Source of the DNA: Bdellovibrionota bacterium FG-1 | GTDB lineage: Bacteria; Bdellovibrionota; UBA1018 | Direction: 5' to 3' | NCBI GenBank assembly: GCA_051382295.1 | Contig: JBBCAW010000038.1 | Location: 1 to 64,000 of the forward strand | Length of the DNA stretch: 64,000 bases | Part shown: piece by piece, positions 8,170 to 18,323 of the stretch | Position numbering within the stretch: position 1 is the stretch's first letter | How the letters are laid out: each line of letters begins with the position of its first letter | The notes under the pieces: model-generated | The model's database searches: none | What the model saw: the letters and a program-made list of their open reading frames with translations, nothing else | What the model was told of the DNA's origin: nothing | Position numbers and translations under genes: made by a program

Positions 8170-10419
8170 ATGGCAAGCATCACGAAAAACTCAGGTGGGT
8201 CTGAAAACGAAGCAGTAATTTTTTCTTTAGCCGATCATTCAGCAAGGCTTGGAGCAAAGATTTGGACCTGTACCTTTGATCTACCCGGGGAAAAGGTCAA
8301 CAAACTCTCACGTCGCGTGATGGAGCAGTTTGCGGTGCTTTTAGATGATCTTGAAAACAGGGGCAAACAAGGTGAAATGGATGCTTTGGTTTTAGTTTCC
8401 GGCAAGCCAGGTAACTTTATCGCTGGGGCTGATATCGAGTTGATTCAGGCCACTCGAAGTGCTGAAGATGCTGAGAATCTTTCGCGAATGGGTCAAAAGT
8501 TGATGGATCGCTGGGAAGATCTTCCTTTCCCCACTGTGGCAGCGATTCAGGGGGCTGCTTTAGGGGGCGGCTGCGAGTTTTCGCTCGCCAGTTCCGTCCT
8601 GATTATGTCCAATGATCCTGCGACTCGCATTGGTCTTCCCGAGGTGATGCTGGGGCTTATTCCAGGCATGGGCGGATGTGTGCGGCTTCCTCGAAAAATC
8701 GGGTTGGTCGGCGCGCTCGATTTAATTTTAACGGGTAAAACTCTGACTGCTGAGCGGGCTGTTAAGGCCGGGTTGGCAGAGGCGTTCCTCCCTAAAGAAG
8801 ACTTTCAGGAATCGGCACTCCGCTGGACCAAGACCAATCTCAAGGCTCTCAAAGAAGGAGAGCGCTTGGCCAAGGAGCCAAAACTGGGCGGAATGGGCGG
8901 TACTCTGGGAACATTTATGGAAAAGACCCCCATGGGGAGAGGTGTGATCCTCAAAAAAGCCCGTGAAGGTGTGCTCAGTAAAACTCGGGGCCATTATCCA
9001 GCACCGCTGGAGGCCATTGCTGTTTTGGATGATGGCCATGCCGCTTACGGCGATCGAATCAGGGGGGCTGGGCGTGATCAAGCGATGATTCGAGAAGCAA
9101 AAGGTTTTGGGAGACTGGCTACGACCGAAATTTCTAAAAATCTCATTCGAATTTTTTTCATGACCGAAGTAGTGAAAAAATCCAAAGGCCTTTCGAGCGG
9201 AGCGACTGCCGAGGCTCATACCGTACGGGTGGGAGGGGTGCTGGGAGCTGGTGTCATGGGTGGCGGGATTGCGCAGCTCTTTGCTGATAAAGATCTTCCC
9301 ATTCGCATGAAAGATTTGACCCAAGCAGCCCTACAAACTGGACTTCAATCTGCGTCTAAGATTTTTTACAAGCAGATGAGCCGAAAGAAGATCAATAAAC
9401 GTCAATATTTGCAGAAAATGAATTTGATTGCGCCTTCCCTGGATTTTTCGGGATTTCGCTCTACCGATATCGTCGTCGAAGCCATTGTCGAGAACATGGA
9501 TATCAAGAAAAAGGCTCTTGCCGAGATGGAAGGCTATTTGCGTGATCAGTGTATTGTAGCGACAAATACTTCTTCGTTGTCTGTGACTGAGATGCAAAAA
9601 GCCCTTCGTCATCCTGAGCGTTTTGCGGGGATGCATTTTTTCAACCCCGTGAACAAGATGCCTTTGGTGGAAGTGATTCGCGGAGAGCAGAGTTCGGATG
9701 AAGCCGTGTCGACTGTGTTTCAACTGAGTAAACAGTTGGGGAAAACCCCTATTGTTGTTAAAGATGCACCTGGTTTTTTAGTGAATCGACTGTTGGCGCC
9801 CTATCTGAATGAAGCAACTTATTTGCTCGCCGAAGGCGTTCCGATGGATGAACTCGATCAAGTGCTCCTTGAGTTTGGCATGCCGATGGGGCCTATGGAA
9901 CTGATCGATGAGGTGGGGGTGGATGTGGGCGCGAAGGTTGCGCATATTCTTCACGATGCTTTTGGAGAGCGGATGCTTCCCTGTCCGCTGAACGAGAAAA
10001 TCGTGAAGGCTGGGCGGTTGGGGAAAAAGAATAATCAGGGACTTTATAAATACGAGTTAGAGGGGAAAAAGATCAATAAGGTGCTCGATCCCGCAGTTTA
10101 TGAACTTTTAGGAGTCAAGCCCGCTTCAAAGTCTGTTTCTTCTGAAGAGATCTTAGAGCGCTGTCTATTGCCGATGATCAACGAAGCCTCTCGTTGTTTG
10201 CAGGAAGGTGTGGTTGCTTCCGCTGCCGAGGTGGATTTAGGCATGATCATGGGAACCGGTTTTCCTCCTTTCAGAGGTGGCCTTCTGCGCTACGCTGACT
10301 CGCTGGGTGCTCGAACCATTGTGGATCGTCTCCGAAAGTACGAAAGGAAGTTCGGGGCCCGCTACACACCGGCTCCCGTATTGTTAGAGCGCGCTGAGCG
10401 CAATCAGCTTTTCTACTGA
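8170..10419 (+). CDS. fadJ: Fatty-acid oxidation complex alpha subunit (enoyl-CoA hydratase + 3-hydroxyacyl-CoA dehydrogenase)
   Basis: FIAGADI, ALGGGCE, GLPEV, GAGVMGGGIA, NTSS, GMHFFNPV, PGFLVNR and GTGFPPFRGG. Confidence 0.9.
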   Translation: MASITKNSGGSENEAVIFSLADHSARLGAKIWTCTFDLPGEKVNKLSRRVMEQFAVLLDDLENRGKQGEMDALVLVSGKPGNFIAGADIELIQATRSAEDAENLSRMGQKLMDRWEDLPFPTVAAIQGAALGGGCEFSLASSVLIMSNDPATRIGLPEVMLGLIPGMGGCVRLPRKIGLVGALDLILTGKTLTAERAVKAGLAEAFLPKEDFQESALRWTKTNLKALKEGERLAKEPKLGGMGGTLGTFMEKTPMGRGVILKKAREGVLSKTRGHYPAPLEAIAVLDDGHAAYGDRIRGAGRDQAMIREAKGFGRLATTEISKNLIRIFFMTEVVKKSKGLSSGATAEAHTVRVGGVLGAGVMGGGIAQLFADKDLPIRMKDLTQAALQTGLQSASKIFYKQMSRKKINKRQYLQKMNLIAPSLDFSGFRSTDIVVEAIVENMDIKKKALAEMEGYLRDQCIVATNTSSLSVTEMQKALRHPERFAGMHFFNPVNKMPLVEVIRGEQSSDEAVSTVFQLSKQLGKTPIVVKDAPGFLVNRLLAPYLNEATYLLAEGVPMDELDQVLLEFGMPMGPMELIDEVGVDVGAKVAHILHDAFGERMLPCPLNEKIVKAGRLGKKNNQGLYKYELEGKKINKVLDPAVYELLGVKPASKSVSSEEILERCLLPMINEASRCLQEGVVASAAEVDLGMIMGTGFPPFRGGLLRYADSLGARTIVDRLRKYERKFGARYTPAPVLLERAERNQLFY

Positions 10420-10427
10420 GTTCGTTG

Positions 10428-11738
10428 ATGACAGTCCAAGAGTTTACATCAAAGGGTTCAGTTTGGCATTTGTGGCGGAGTCCCTGGACCACCTGGGTTG
10501 GGTTTCGATATCTCAAGTCCAAGAAGAATTCGCGATTTTTAAGCTTTATCACCTTGCTTTCGGTTTTTGGCGTAGGTCTGGGTGTTACGGCGATGATCGT
10601 GGTGCTTTCAGTCATGGACGGATTTGAGGCTCAGCTCAAGAAGCGTCTGATGTCTTCGGATATGCACATTCTCATTACGCCCTCCTCACAGGTATCTGGG
10701 TTTGATGCCGGTTTTGTTCCTAAAGATGCCCTGAGTGCTCAGGAGCTTCGGACGTTTGTGAAGTCGCATCCTGAGGTGGTGAGCTTTTGGCCAATCGTAT
10801 CGACCGAGGCGATTCTCAAGGCAGGACGAAAAGTAACGGGGGTGGTTTTTAAAGGGGTGACCCCTGAACGGATGGCGAGAATCCAGGCCCAAGTGGTTGA
10901 AACAGCCGACCCGCAACTTCTTGTGCAAAAAGAGGGGCCTGAGACCACGCGACTCCCTGGGGTTTTGGTTGGGCAAGAGCTTGCCTATGAAATGGGCTTG
11001 ATTCCGGGGGATCAATTGACCTTTATTTCGCCCACTGAAACCGAGGGACCCCTGGAGTCAGTGCCGCGTCTCAAGCGGTATGTGATCGAGGCCATTTATC
11101 ATTCGGGAATGCCTGAACAGGAGCTTCATACCGTTTTTGCTTCGGAGGGGGCGGTTCGTTCTTTTTTGCGTAAATCCGATGTCGTCTCCCAGTGGGAGGT
11201 CAGTGTTCAAGATTTTGAGCAGGCGCCTGACATAGCCGCAAAAATTAGAAAACTGGCGCCTCGGTTCAAAGTGCAGGATTGGATTCAGCTCAATGCGCAT
11301 CTTTTTGCATCTCTCATGCTTGAGCGCGTGGCTATGTTTGTGATTTTGGCTTTTATTGTGATTGTGGCTTCTTTCAATATTGTGACCACGCTCACGTTGA
11401 TGGTGCTTGAGAAAAAACGCGAAATTTCAATTATGAAGGCCATGGGGGCCCGAGATGGGCAAGTAGCAGCGGTTTTTCTGGCAGAAGGTCTTCTGATCGG
11501 TGTGCTGGGGGTGGGGGGCGGCGTGTGTTTTGGGGGTTTGATTTGTTCATTTTTAAGAAGGTACCCCGTCATCACGCTTCCAGATGTCTACTATGATCGT
11601 AATTTGCCAGTGACGTTTGATCCTCGTTATTACGTGGTCGTTGCTTTCGTGGCCCTCTTGATTGTTCTTGGTGCCTGTCTCTATCCTAGCCGGCGGGCGT
11701 CGAGGATTTCTCCGTTAGAAGGCATTCGTTTTGGGTAG
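10428..11738 (+). CDS. lolE: Lipoprotein-releasing ABC transporter permease (LolC/E family)
   Basis: RYL.SKK..RFLSFI, VLSVMDGF, VASFNI, EKKREISIMKAMGA and YPSRRAS..P.E.IR. Confidence 0.88.
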   Translation: MTVQEFTSKGSVWHLWRSPWTTWVGFRYLKSKKNSRFLSFITLLSVFGVGLGVTAMIVVLSVMDGFEAQLKKRLMSSDMHILITPSSQVSGFDAGFVPKDALSAQELRTFVKSHPEVVSFWPIVSTEAILKAGRKVTGVVFKGVTPERMARIQAQVVETADPQLLVQKEGPETTRLPGVLVGQELAYEMGLIPGDQLTFISPTETEGPLESVPRLKRYVIEAIYHSGMPEQELHTVFASEGAVRSFLRKSDVVSQWEVSVQDFEQAPDIAAKIRKLAPRFKVQDWIQLNAHLFASLMLERVAMFVILAFIVIVASFNIVTTLTLMVLEKKREISIMKAMGARDGQVAAVFLAEGLLIGVLGVGGGVCFGGLICSFLRRYPVITLPDVYYDRNLPVTFDPRYYVVVAFVALLIVLGACLYPSRRASRISPLEGIRFG

Positions 11739-11744
11739 TTTCTC

Positions 11745-12551
11745 TTGAGACGGATGATTCTCCTTGTGATTCTAGCCTTACACGTTCAAGGGGTGGCCGC
11801 CGCGGTTTTACCCTGTCGGATTTTTTTTGTGCCTGGGGCGTTTGGGGAGGGGACTAGCTCCTTGTTTTTGGCAAAGAGCGCCTATTTTTCGGAGTATCGA
11901 AGTTTTTTTGAGGCTAAGGGTTGTGCGGTGAAAACAGCTAGTTTTCCACCGGATGCTTCCATTGAGGAGCGTGCATTGGTTCTCAAAGATCAGCTCGGTC
12001 GGTTTCTTCAGACGGGGGCCGGCAAAGCTGTACTTATTGCTCACAGCCAAGGCGCATTGGATGCTCGATTTGCCCTTCGAACACTCGGGGTTGTTCAGGT
12101 GGAGGCCCTGATCTCGGTGGGGGCGCCTCATCTGGGGACTCCGGTAGCTGAGTGGGCGGTGGATCACCGCGATCGAGGGAGTTTCCTTTATTGGTTTTTC
12201 AGAGTATTTGCAGGCTATGATCTCAGGGCGTTGTCATTTGTGGATGAAATGACCCCCCGGTTTTTAAAAAAATTCCATTCGCGATTCGAAAAGCAGGCAG
12301 GAGTTCGCTATGCCTCGGCGCAGGGGGTATGTCAAACTCATTGCCACTGGGCGTTAGTTGCTCTATCCAGTTGGATCAACAAGGGAATAGGGCAAGGCCA
12401 CGGAGACGGGATTGTGAGCAAAGAAAGTCAGCTTTTTGGAGATGATTTGGGTCAATATGATCTGGATCATATCTCCGAAGTAGGGAATGACTCATTGAGT
12501 AGAAACGAAAGGACTCGGTTGCTCGAACAGATCTGGAAGTACTTGCACTAG
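11745..12551 (+). CDS. Secreted alpha/beta-hydrolase (triacylglycerol lipase-like)
   Basis: Signal peptide; AHSQG nucleophile elbow, PHLGTP, DGIV and DH motifs. Confidence 0.8.
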   Translation: MRRMILLVILALHVQGVAAAVLPCRIFFVPGAFGEGTSSLFLAKSAYFSEYRSFFEAKGCAVKTASFPPDASIEERALVLKDQLGRFLQTGAGKAVLIAHSQGALDARFALRTLGVVQVEALISVGAPHLGTPVAEWAVDHRDRGSFLYWFFRVFAGYDLRALSFVDEMTPRFLKKFHSRFEKQAGVRYASAQGVCQTHCHWALVALSSWINKGIGQGHGDGIVSKESQLFGDDLGQYDLDHISEVGNDSLSRNERTRLLEQIWKYLH

Positions 12552-12591
12552 CTCTTGCGATGCGTTACCAAAGCGGGCCAGGGGATTTAAA

Positions 12592-14127
12592 ATGGGTTTT
12601 CGCGCGCTTTGGGTTGGGGTCGGAATACTGGGGTTTGTTGGTACGTTGGGCTTAGCTTCGTCGAATGTTCAAGCGGCACCCTCGTTGATTCTTCTCGAGG
12701 ATAATGGCGGCACAAATCCCTATTACAGAAATGTGATGGAGAGTTTGGGTGCTCTCATCGTGGCCAATAATCTGGGCCGCTATTATGACCATATCGATGT
12801 TTTGACAGGTGATCGGGCGACTCGCGAAGCCCTGTTTGCCCAAATCAAAAAGCGTGAAGCTAAGGGGGTTGTCGACCTTGTGATCCTGACTCATGGGGCA
12901 CCCAAACGTCTCAATTTGGGGGCGGGCGATATTTCGGATTCCGATGTGCGCGCCGCTGGTCCGTTTCAACGACTTCGGATGGTTTATATGATGGCGTGTT
13001 ATGGGGCGTCGATGGTGGACGCTTGGCGTGCCGCCGGTGCTCAGGTGGCAATCGGGCACCAAGAGATCAACAGTTTGCCTGGCTTCTTTTTTCCTCGTTT
13101 TTTAAAGCGTTGGGCTCAAGGCAGGAGTGCACGAGATGCAATCGACGAGGCTTATCGTTTTGCGGAAGGAACGGCGGAACTTCTTTCATCATTTATTGTT
13201 GAAAAAACTTTATTGAATCATACGGGGGTTTTGCGAAGTGAACCGGTCATGGGTGGCGTTGATATTGACCGAAATGGACATCTTTTTCCCGGGAAAAATT
13301 TAACAATCGAACCTCTGACGTCTCGAAAGGGCGTTTTTCTAACATCCTCGTTAACACGGGTTCCCCAAGATCTTTTGCTGGGCTCGTTCATTGGGTATCC
13401 TCATACTTCTTTCGAGCAGGCTGCCATTGGGCTTTTGGGGGGGATGATTCCCCAAGCGCAATTGGATTCGGACGCCATCCCTTCGGCACAGGCGTTGGTG
13501 GATCAAGTGAAAGGAGTCGCCTGGGCTCAATTGATTGACAGTTTTCCAGGGGCCGGAGGTTTATCCGATCTTCCTCTTCCTTCGGATGACGGTGAAGAAG
13601 TTTGGGTGGACGGCGAGGGGCTTAGGTATTTGCTGGAATCATTGCGGGACTATGCCGGTGAGAAAATGTCCACGGTATTGGATCGCGCACTTGGAATTCG
13701 TCTGACACGCATGCACGATTCTTTGATGGTCGGAGTCTATTTTGATCGATCCTTTTCGATAGATTTACGAGACCGAACGGCCACCCCCAATTGGCAGCCC
13801 TATCGTATTGAGGTTCCTCATGCGGTTCGTTTTGCGATTCGCATGCAAGACGGCATATTGAAGGTATCCGGGTTGGATGCAGAGCCGGATGCGCTTATCC
13901 TCAAAATCAAAATGCCTTTGCTGCCGGAGTCTATTTGGGTTCGTCGCTTGACGGCGCACTTAGAATCTGGAGATTTGCAAATCGAAGCAGGTGTGATGGG
14001 CGACCGAGTTTCAGTGATGGCAGATGGACAAATGACGACAGGAATCAAAGGTATCGATATTTGGGCGACCATTGAGCGCAATCTAGAGTTGATCGGTTTG
14101 CCTTGGCTGGCTTTTCGACCGCTCTGA
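12592..14127 (+). CDS. Secreted protein with N-terminal caspase/CHAT-like (clan CD) peptidase domain and unknown C-terminal domain
   Basis: Signal peptide (VQA|A); VILTHG and VYMMAC dyad 35 aa apart; CHAT-like AWRAAGAQVAIG and FLKRWAQGRSARDAIDEA. Confidence 0.55.
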   Translation: MGFRALWVGVGILGFVGTLGLASSNVQAAPSLILLEDNGGTNPYYRNVMESLGALIVANNLGRYYDHIDVLTGDRATREALFAQIKKREAKGVVDLVILTHGAPKRLNLGAGDISDSDVRAAGPFQRLRMVYMMACYGASMVDAWRAAGAQVAIGHQEINSLPGFFFPRFLKRWAQGRSARDAIDEAYRFAEGTAELLSSFIVEKTLLNHTGVLRSEPVMGGVDIDRNGHLFPGKNLTIEPLTSRKGVFLTSSLTRVPQDLLLGSFIGYPHTSFEQAAIGLLGGMIPQAQLDSDAIPSAQALVDQVKGVAWAQLIDSFPGAGGLSDLPLPSDDGEEVWVDGEGLRYLLESLRDYAGEKMSTVLDRALGIRLTRMHDSLMVGVYFDRSFSIDLRDRTATPNWQPYRIEVPHAVRFAIRMQDGILKVSGLDAEPDALILKIKMPLLPESIWVRRLTAHLESGDLQIEAGVMGDRVSVMADGQMTTGIKGIDIWATIERNLELIGLPWLAFRPL

Positions 14128-14181
14128 TAAAAAAGCTCCTGGTTGCTTTGACATTGTTTAATACGGGCACAAGTTCATTTC

Positions 14182-16563
14182 ATGGACTATCCTACCCATG
14201 GTTTGTTGCCAGTGCTTCCAGTCAGAAACACCGTTGTTTTTCCCCATATCGGCCTGCCATTGCGGGTCGGCCGGCCGGGGAGTGTAGCGGCCGTTGAGTA
14301 TGCCCGCTCCACGGGGAACTGGATCGTCGCGGTTTCTCAAAAAAGTGATTTAGAGGGCAATGCTCCCATCGCAGCCGAACATCTTTTTCGTGTAGGAACA
14401 CTATGCAAAATCGAAAAGATTCGTGGCTCGGCGTCAGAAGGATATGAGGTTTTTGTGCGAGGAGTAGCTCGCTTTAAAGTTCATACTTTTGAGGAGCAAA
14501 ATGGAATTTCAGCGATGGGGGAGACGGAGCCGGATCTTCAGGATGCGGATTCGGAAACCACCTCGGCATTGATGACGAGCATTAAATTGCTCGCGCAAGA
14601 AATTCTGAGGTTGGTGCCTGCGGATACCGAAGGACTGAGTCAGTTGGTTCAAGGGGTGAGTGACCCCGTTTTTCTGATCAGCCTATGCGCGGGGAATCTA
14701 GAGGTCCCAACCGTAAATAAACAAGAGCTTTTAGAAATAGCCTCCATCAAAAATCGAGCCCTGAAGCTACTTGAATTAATGCAGGGGCAGAAGGAGGGGC
14801 TACAAGTTCAAAGTGATATTCGCGATCGCCTATCCCAAAAAATGGGGAAAATGCAACGAGAGGCGATTTTGAGAGAGCAAATCAAGACGATACGAGAAGA
14901 ATTAGGCGAGACCGATGAGCAAAAATCCCAAGACGATTATCACGCCAAGATCGAAGCTACTGGAATGCCTGAGGAAGTTAAAAAAGTCGCCCTTGACGAA
15001 TTTAAACGGTTTGAAAGTTTAGGAAATGCGTCACCAGAAACTCATGTTATTCGAAACTATCTGGACCTTCTTTGCTCATTGCCTTGGTCCAAATCAGCGG
15101 TACTCGGAGACCATCCGGAAGCCCTCGACTTAGACGCTGCTCGCGCAAGTTTGGAAGCGGATCACTACGGATTGAACAAAATTAAAAAGCGCATTGTTCA
15201 ACATCTTGCTGGCATGAAGCTCAAAAAAAGTGCCCGCGGCTCGATCTTGTTGTTTGTAGGTCCGCCGGGCGTAGGAAAGACCTCTCTGGGCGAAAGCATT
15301 GCCCGGGCGCTCGGGCGTAAGTTTGTTCGCGCTTCGCTGGGTGGGGTTCGGGATGATGCCGAAATTCGGGGTCATCGTCGAACTTATGTGGGTGCCATGC
15401 CTGGACGGATCATTCAAGGAATCAAGAGGGCAGGCGAAAACAATCCCGTCATGATGCTGGATGAAATTGATAAGCTCGGGCGGGGATTTCAGGGCGACCC
15501 GGCGGCAGCCCTTTTGGAGGTGCTAGACCCTGAGCAAAATGGAAGTTTTACCGATCATTATTTGGATGTCCCTTTTGATCTTTCGAAAGTGTTCTTTATC
15601 GCGACGGCAAATACCCTGGAGTCGATCCCTGGTCCGTTGTTAGATCGTATGGAAGTCATTGAACTTTCTGGTTATACGACTTCTGAAAAAATGCACATCG
15701 CCGAGACTCATTTAATTCCTAAGCAACTCGCAGAATTTGGCTATCAAAATGGGCAGCTCGAAATTGAAAATGATGCACTTTTGCGCGTAATTACCCATTA
15801 TACCCGCGAAGCGGGCGTGAGGAGCTTACAACGAGAAATTGCGGCTATCTGCCGGGCGGCTACCGAAAAAGTTTTGGCGGCCTTAGCTGAAAATGCCCCG
15901 CTCCCAGTGCGGATAGATCGTGCGATGCTCGAAGAGATTTTAGGTCAGGAGCGGTTTACGTTTGAGGTAGCCGAAAGGATTACTCCTCCTGGCGTGGTGA
16001 CGGGCTTGGCGTGGACCCCAGTGGGCGGCGAGATTTTGTTTGTCGAGGCGAGTCTTATGCCGGGCGCTGGTCGCTTGATTCTCACCGGTCAGCTGGGTGA
16101 GGTCATGAAGGAGTCTGCCCAGATTGCACTTTCCCTTGTACGTTCAAAATTAGCGGTTTTAATGCCGGGTTTTGAATTTGAAAAAAAAGACCTACATATT
16201 CATGTGCCTGCGGGGGCGATACCCAAAGATGGGCCTTCTGCGGGCGTCACCCTGCTGGCAACCATCGCCTCCCTTTTTAGCGGTCGGAGTATCAATCCTA
16301 AGTTGGCTATGACGGGTGAAATTACCTTGAGAGGGGCAGTGACCCCAGTGGGAGGAATTAAGGAAAAGCTCATTGCCGCGCATCGAGCTGGGATCGAAAG
16401 AGTTCTATTACCCAAGCGGAACGAGCGTGATCTGACTGAAGTGCCTGATGAAATCAAGAAGGCTCTTAAAATCGATTTTATCGAAACTGAGGGTGATGTT
16501 TTGCGGCTCGCGCTTGGCCTAGGCGTGGGTTCGATCCTTGATCATGGAAATAAAGTCGCTTGA
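14182..16563 (+). CDS. lon: ATP-dependent Lon protease
   Basis: LP.RNTVVFP N-domain, GPPGVGKT, MLDEIDK, KDGPSAG (Ser) and GGIKEK (Lys). Confidence 0.97.
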   Translation: MDYPTHGLLPVLPVRNTVVFPHIGLPLRVGRPGSVAAVEYARSTGNWIVAVSQKSDLEGNAPIAAEHLFRVGTLCKIEKIRGSASEGYEVFVRGVARFKVHTFEEQNGISAMGETEPDLQDADSETTSALMTSIKLLAQEILRLVPADTEGLSQLVQGVSDPVFLISLCAGNLEVPTVNKQELLEIASIKNRALKLLELMQGQKEGLQVQSDIRDRLSQKMGKMQREAILREQIKTIREELGETDEQKSQDDYHAKIEATGMPEEVKKVALDEFKRFESLGNASPETHVIRNYLDLLCSLPWSKSAVLGDHPEALDLDAARASLEADHYGLNKIKKRIVQHLAGMKLKKSARGSILLFVGPPGVGKTSLGESIARALGRKFVRASLGGVRDDAEIRGHRRTYVGAMPGRIIQGIKRAGENNPVMMLDEIDKLGRGFQGDPAAALLEVLDPEQNGSFTDHYLDVPFDLSKVFFIATANTLESIPGPLLDRMEVIELSGYTTSEKMHIAETHLIPKQLAEFGYQNGQLEIENDALLRVITHYTREAGVRSLQREIAAICRAATEKVLAALAENAPLPVRIDRAMLEEILGQERFTFEVAERITPPGVVTGLAWTPVGGEILFVEASLMPGAGRLILTGQLGEVMKESAQIALSLVRSKLAVLMPGFEFEKKDLHIHVPAGAIPKDGPSAGVTLLATIASLFSGRSINPKLAMTGEITLRGAVTPVGGIKEKLIAAHRAGIERVLLPKRNERDLTEVPDEIKKALKIDFIETEGDVLRLALGLGVGSILDHGNKVA

Positions 16564-16569
16564 TTGAAA

Positions 16570-16585
16570 CGGTATCTAATTTGCT
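16570..16585 (+). promoter_or_regulatory. Candidate sigma-54 (-24/-12) promoter
   Basis: CGGTATCTAATTTGCT, exact GG-N10-GC spacing, 45 nt before ATG 16631. Confidence 0.5.
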
Positions 16586-16630
16586 GAGATAGGAGGTGAA
16601 ACACAAAGGACCGTTTAGGGAGGTTTAATC

Positions 16631-17344
16631 ATGAAAAAATTCATAGTTCCGGTTTTAATGATTTCAATGTTTTCAGGAGGTTGGGCTTTAGCAACGGAGG
16701 TAAATGTTCAGCCGGGCACGGCGGCAACCGATAGTGGTGCCATGAGTCAGGCTAAAACGAGTGAGTTGAAGGTCGGTGGGTTGCACGACGAGGTTGTTGG
16801 CGTATCGCCTCAGGTCGGGATGGTGAATTACCACGACATGCTCGGTAATACAGGGAACCGAGGGACGATCGGCTTAACGTCGGATATGAACGCATCCACT
16901 CTCATCTCTAACGTGACAGATATGCCGGATCTCAAATATTTATTTATAGGCCCGCAAGTAGGGTTCTTTTATTCACATATTGGCTCGGGGACTGCCAATT
17001 TCTTTGGTGCCCAGCCCTCGGATATTGCCGCCAGTGGCGATGCGGGGACTAACATGTTTTACATTCCCCTCGATTTGAAAGTGGGGATGAACTATGGGAA
17101 ATTCCGCCCATCCATTCACGGCGGTGGAAACATCTACTATCGGTCGGTTGCGAGCTCCTTTGCCCTGGGTGCGAATCCAGACACTTCTTCAAGTTCTTCT
17201 TGGGCGATTTATCCTAATATCGGGCTCGATCTTGAAGTGGAGTTAACCCGATCGGTCGCTTTGATCGCTCGTCCGGACGTGACACTTGGGGGGAGTAACC
17301 GGATTTGGTCTGCCTCATTGGGTGCTACCATCCCCCTAGGTTAA
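16631..17344 (+). CDS. Small outer-membrane beta-barrel protein, hypothetical
   Basis: Strong RBS GGAGG, signal peptide, alternating beta-strand pattern (YPNIGLDLEVEL, WSASLGATIPL). Confidence 0.65.
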   Translation: MKKFIVPVLMISMFSGGWALATEVNVQPGTAATDSGAMSQAKTSELKVGGLHDEVVGVSPQVGMVNYHDMLGNTGNRGTIGLTSDMNASTLISNVTDMPDLKYLFIGPQVGFFYSHIGSGTANFFGAQPSDIAASGDAGTNMFYIPLDLKVGMNYGKFRPSIHGGGNIYYRSVASSFALGANPDTSSSSSWAIYPNIGLDLEVELTRSVALIARPDVTLGGSNRIWSASLGATIPLG

Positions 17345-17370
17345 GCGAACAAAGAGGGCCCAAGTGAGGT

Positions 17371-17414
17371 TTTCGGCTGGGCTGATGACAGAAATGTCAT
17401 TTTCCCGGCCGAAA
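17371..17414. terminator. Hairpin between convergent genes, possible bidirectional terminator
   Basis: TTTCGGCTGGG / CCCGGCCGAAA outer stem plus ATGACA / TGTCAT inner stem. Confidence 0.55.
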
Positions 17415-17428
17415 CATTTGCAATTGAC

Positions 17429-18127
17429 TTAAACTTGAGTGGTTTTTTTCCAATAGGCAAAGCCGCCGCCGCCTAGGGCAATAAGCGCGAGCGCCGCAAT
17501 AAAGGCAGTACGGTACGTTTTAAGAAGTCCTAATGGGCTCGTTTTTTCGGCCTCAACGGTATCCTCTGAATGGTTCGATGCTGGCGTGCGATTGTTCGCC
17601 TCAGCGGCTACCGTGTCACTACTGGCCGCCCCTGCCGTAAGTTGATTATTTTGCTGGTTTTGAGGCGTGACCTGGGGGGCTGCTTGGGGTGCCGGAGGAT
17701 TAGGGCGCGTTATCGGCTGCTGGGCAAAGCTCGGGGGCTGAGAAGAAGCAGGCTGCCGCGAGTGCGGTGATAAACTCGCCCCTTTGGCTGCCAAGCCCGT
17801 TAGGGTTTTGACCTTCTGGGTCGTATTCTTTTTGATCGCCACATGCTTTTTTGCCCGATTTGGCACTGTTTTCTTAACCGAGACTTCGGGCGTCTCCGTG
17901 GTGGCCGCTGCTTGAGCTACTCCATCTGGGTTGACTGGCGGAGCAGCATCAGTGCCCGCTACTGGGGCGTTCCCATCGGCAGTCGCGCTTGCCGCATCGG
18001 TGGCCTCGTCGCTTGCCTCCTTGCTATGAGAGCACCCTGCCGCGGCCAATAATATGAGGCAGAGCGGGGCGATCCAGAGGGTTGAGGGGCGATGAGGACT
18101 TGTCCAACATTTTTGTGATTGGGTCAT
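17429..18127 (-). CDS. Low-complexity (Ala/Pro/Thr/Gln) lipoprotein with C-terminal membrane anchor
   Basis: Lipobox LAAAG|C; C-terminal hydrophobic helix plus WKK tail; start placed at MTQSQK. Confidence 0.6.
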   Translation of the reverse strand: MTQSQKCWTSPHRPSTLWIAPLCLILLAAAGCSHSKEASDEATDAASATADGNAPVAGTDAAPPVNPDGVAQAAATTETPEVSVKKTVPNRAKKHVAIKKNTTQKVKTLTGLAAKGASLSPHSRQPASSQPPSFAQQPITRPNPPAPQAAPQVTPQNQQNNQLTAGAASSDTVAAEANNRTPASNHSEDTVEAEKTSPLGLLKTYRTAFIAALALIALGGGGFAYWKKTTQV

Positions 18128-18323
18128 CTTGCTCTGCTTATCGGAGGATCTAAAAAAAAATTCAGAGAGAAAAATTTGCCGAGTAAAAAATATCTTTGTT
18201 ATCGAGGTTGCCAGTATTTTGTCGCAAAAAAAAATCGTCAAAATAGTTTCTATATAACTAGTATAAAAAATACATAAAATAAAAATATTCCTATTTTATT
18301 GCCTATCGAATGAAGGGGGCTCT

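Noticed and set aside
12534..12560. Sigma-54-like TTGC sites before the peptidase gene (also near 14140 before lon and 8122 before fadJ)
   Set aside because: No GG at the required 10-nt spacing.
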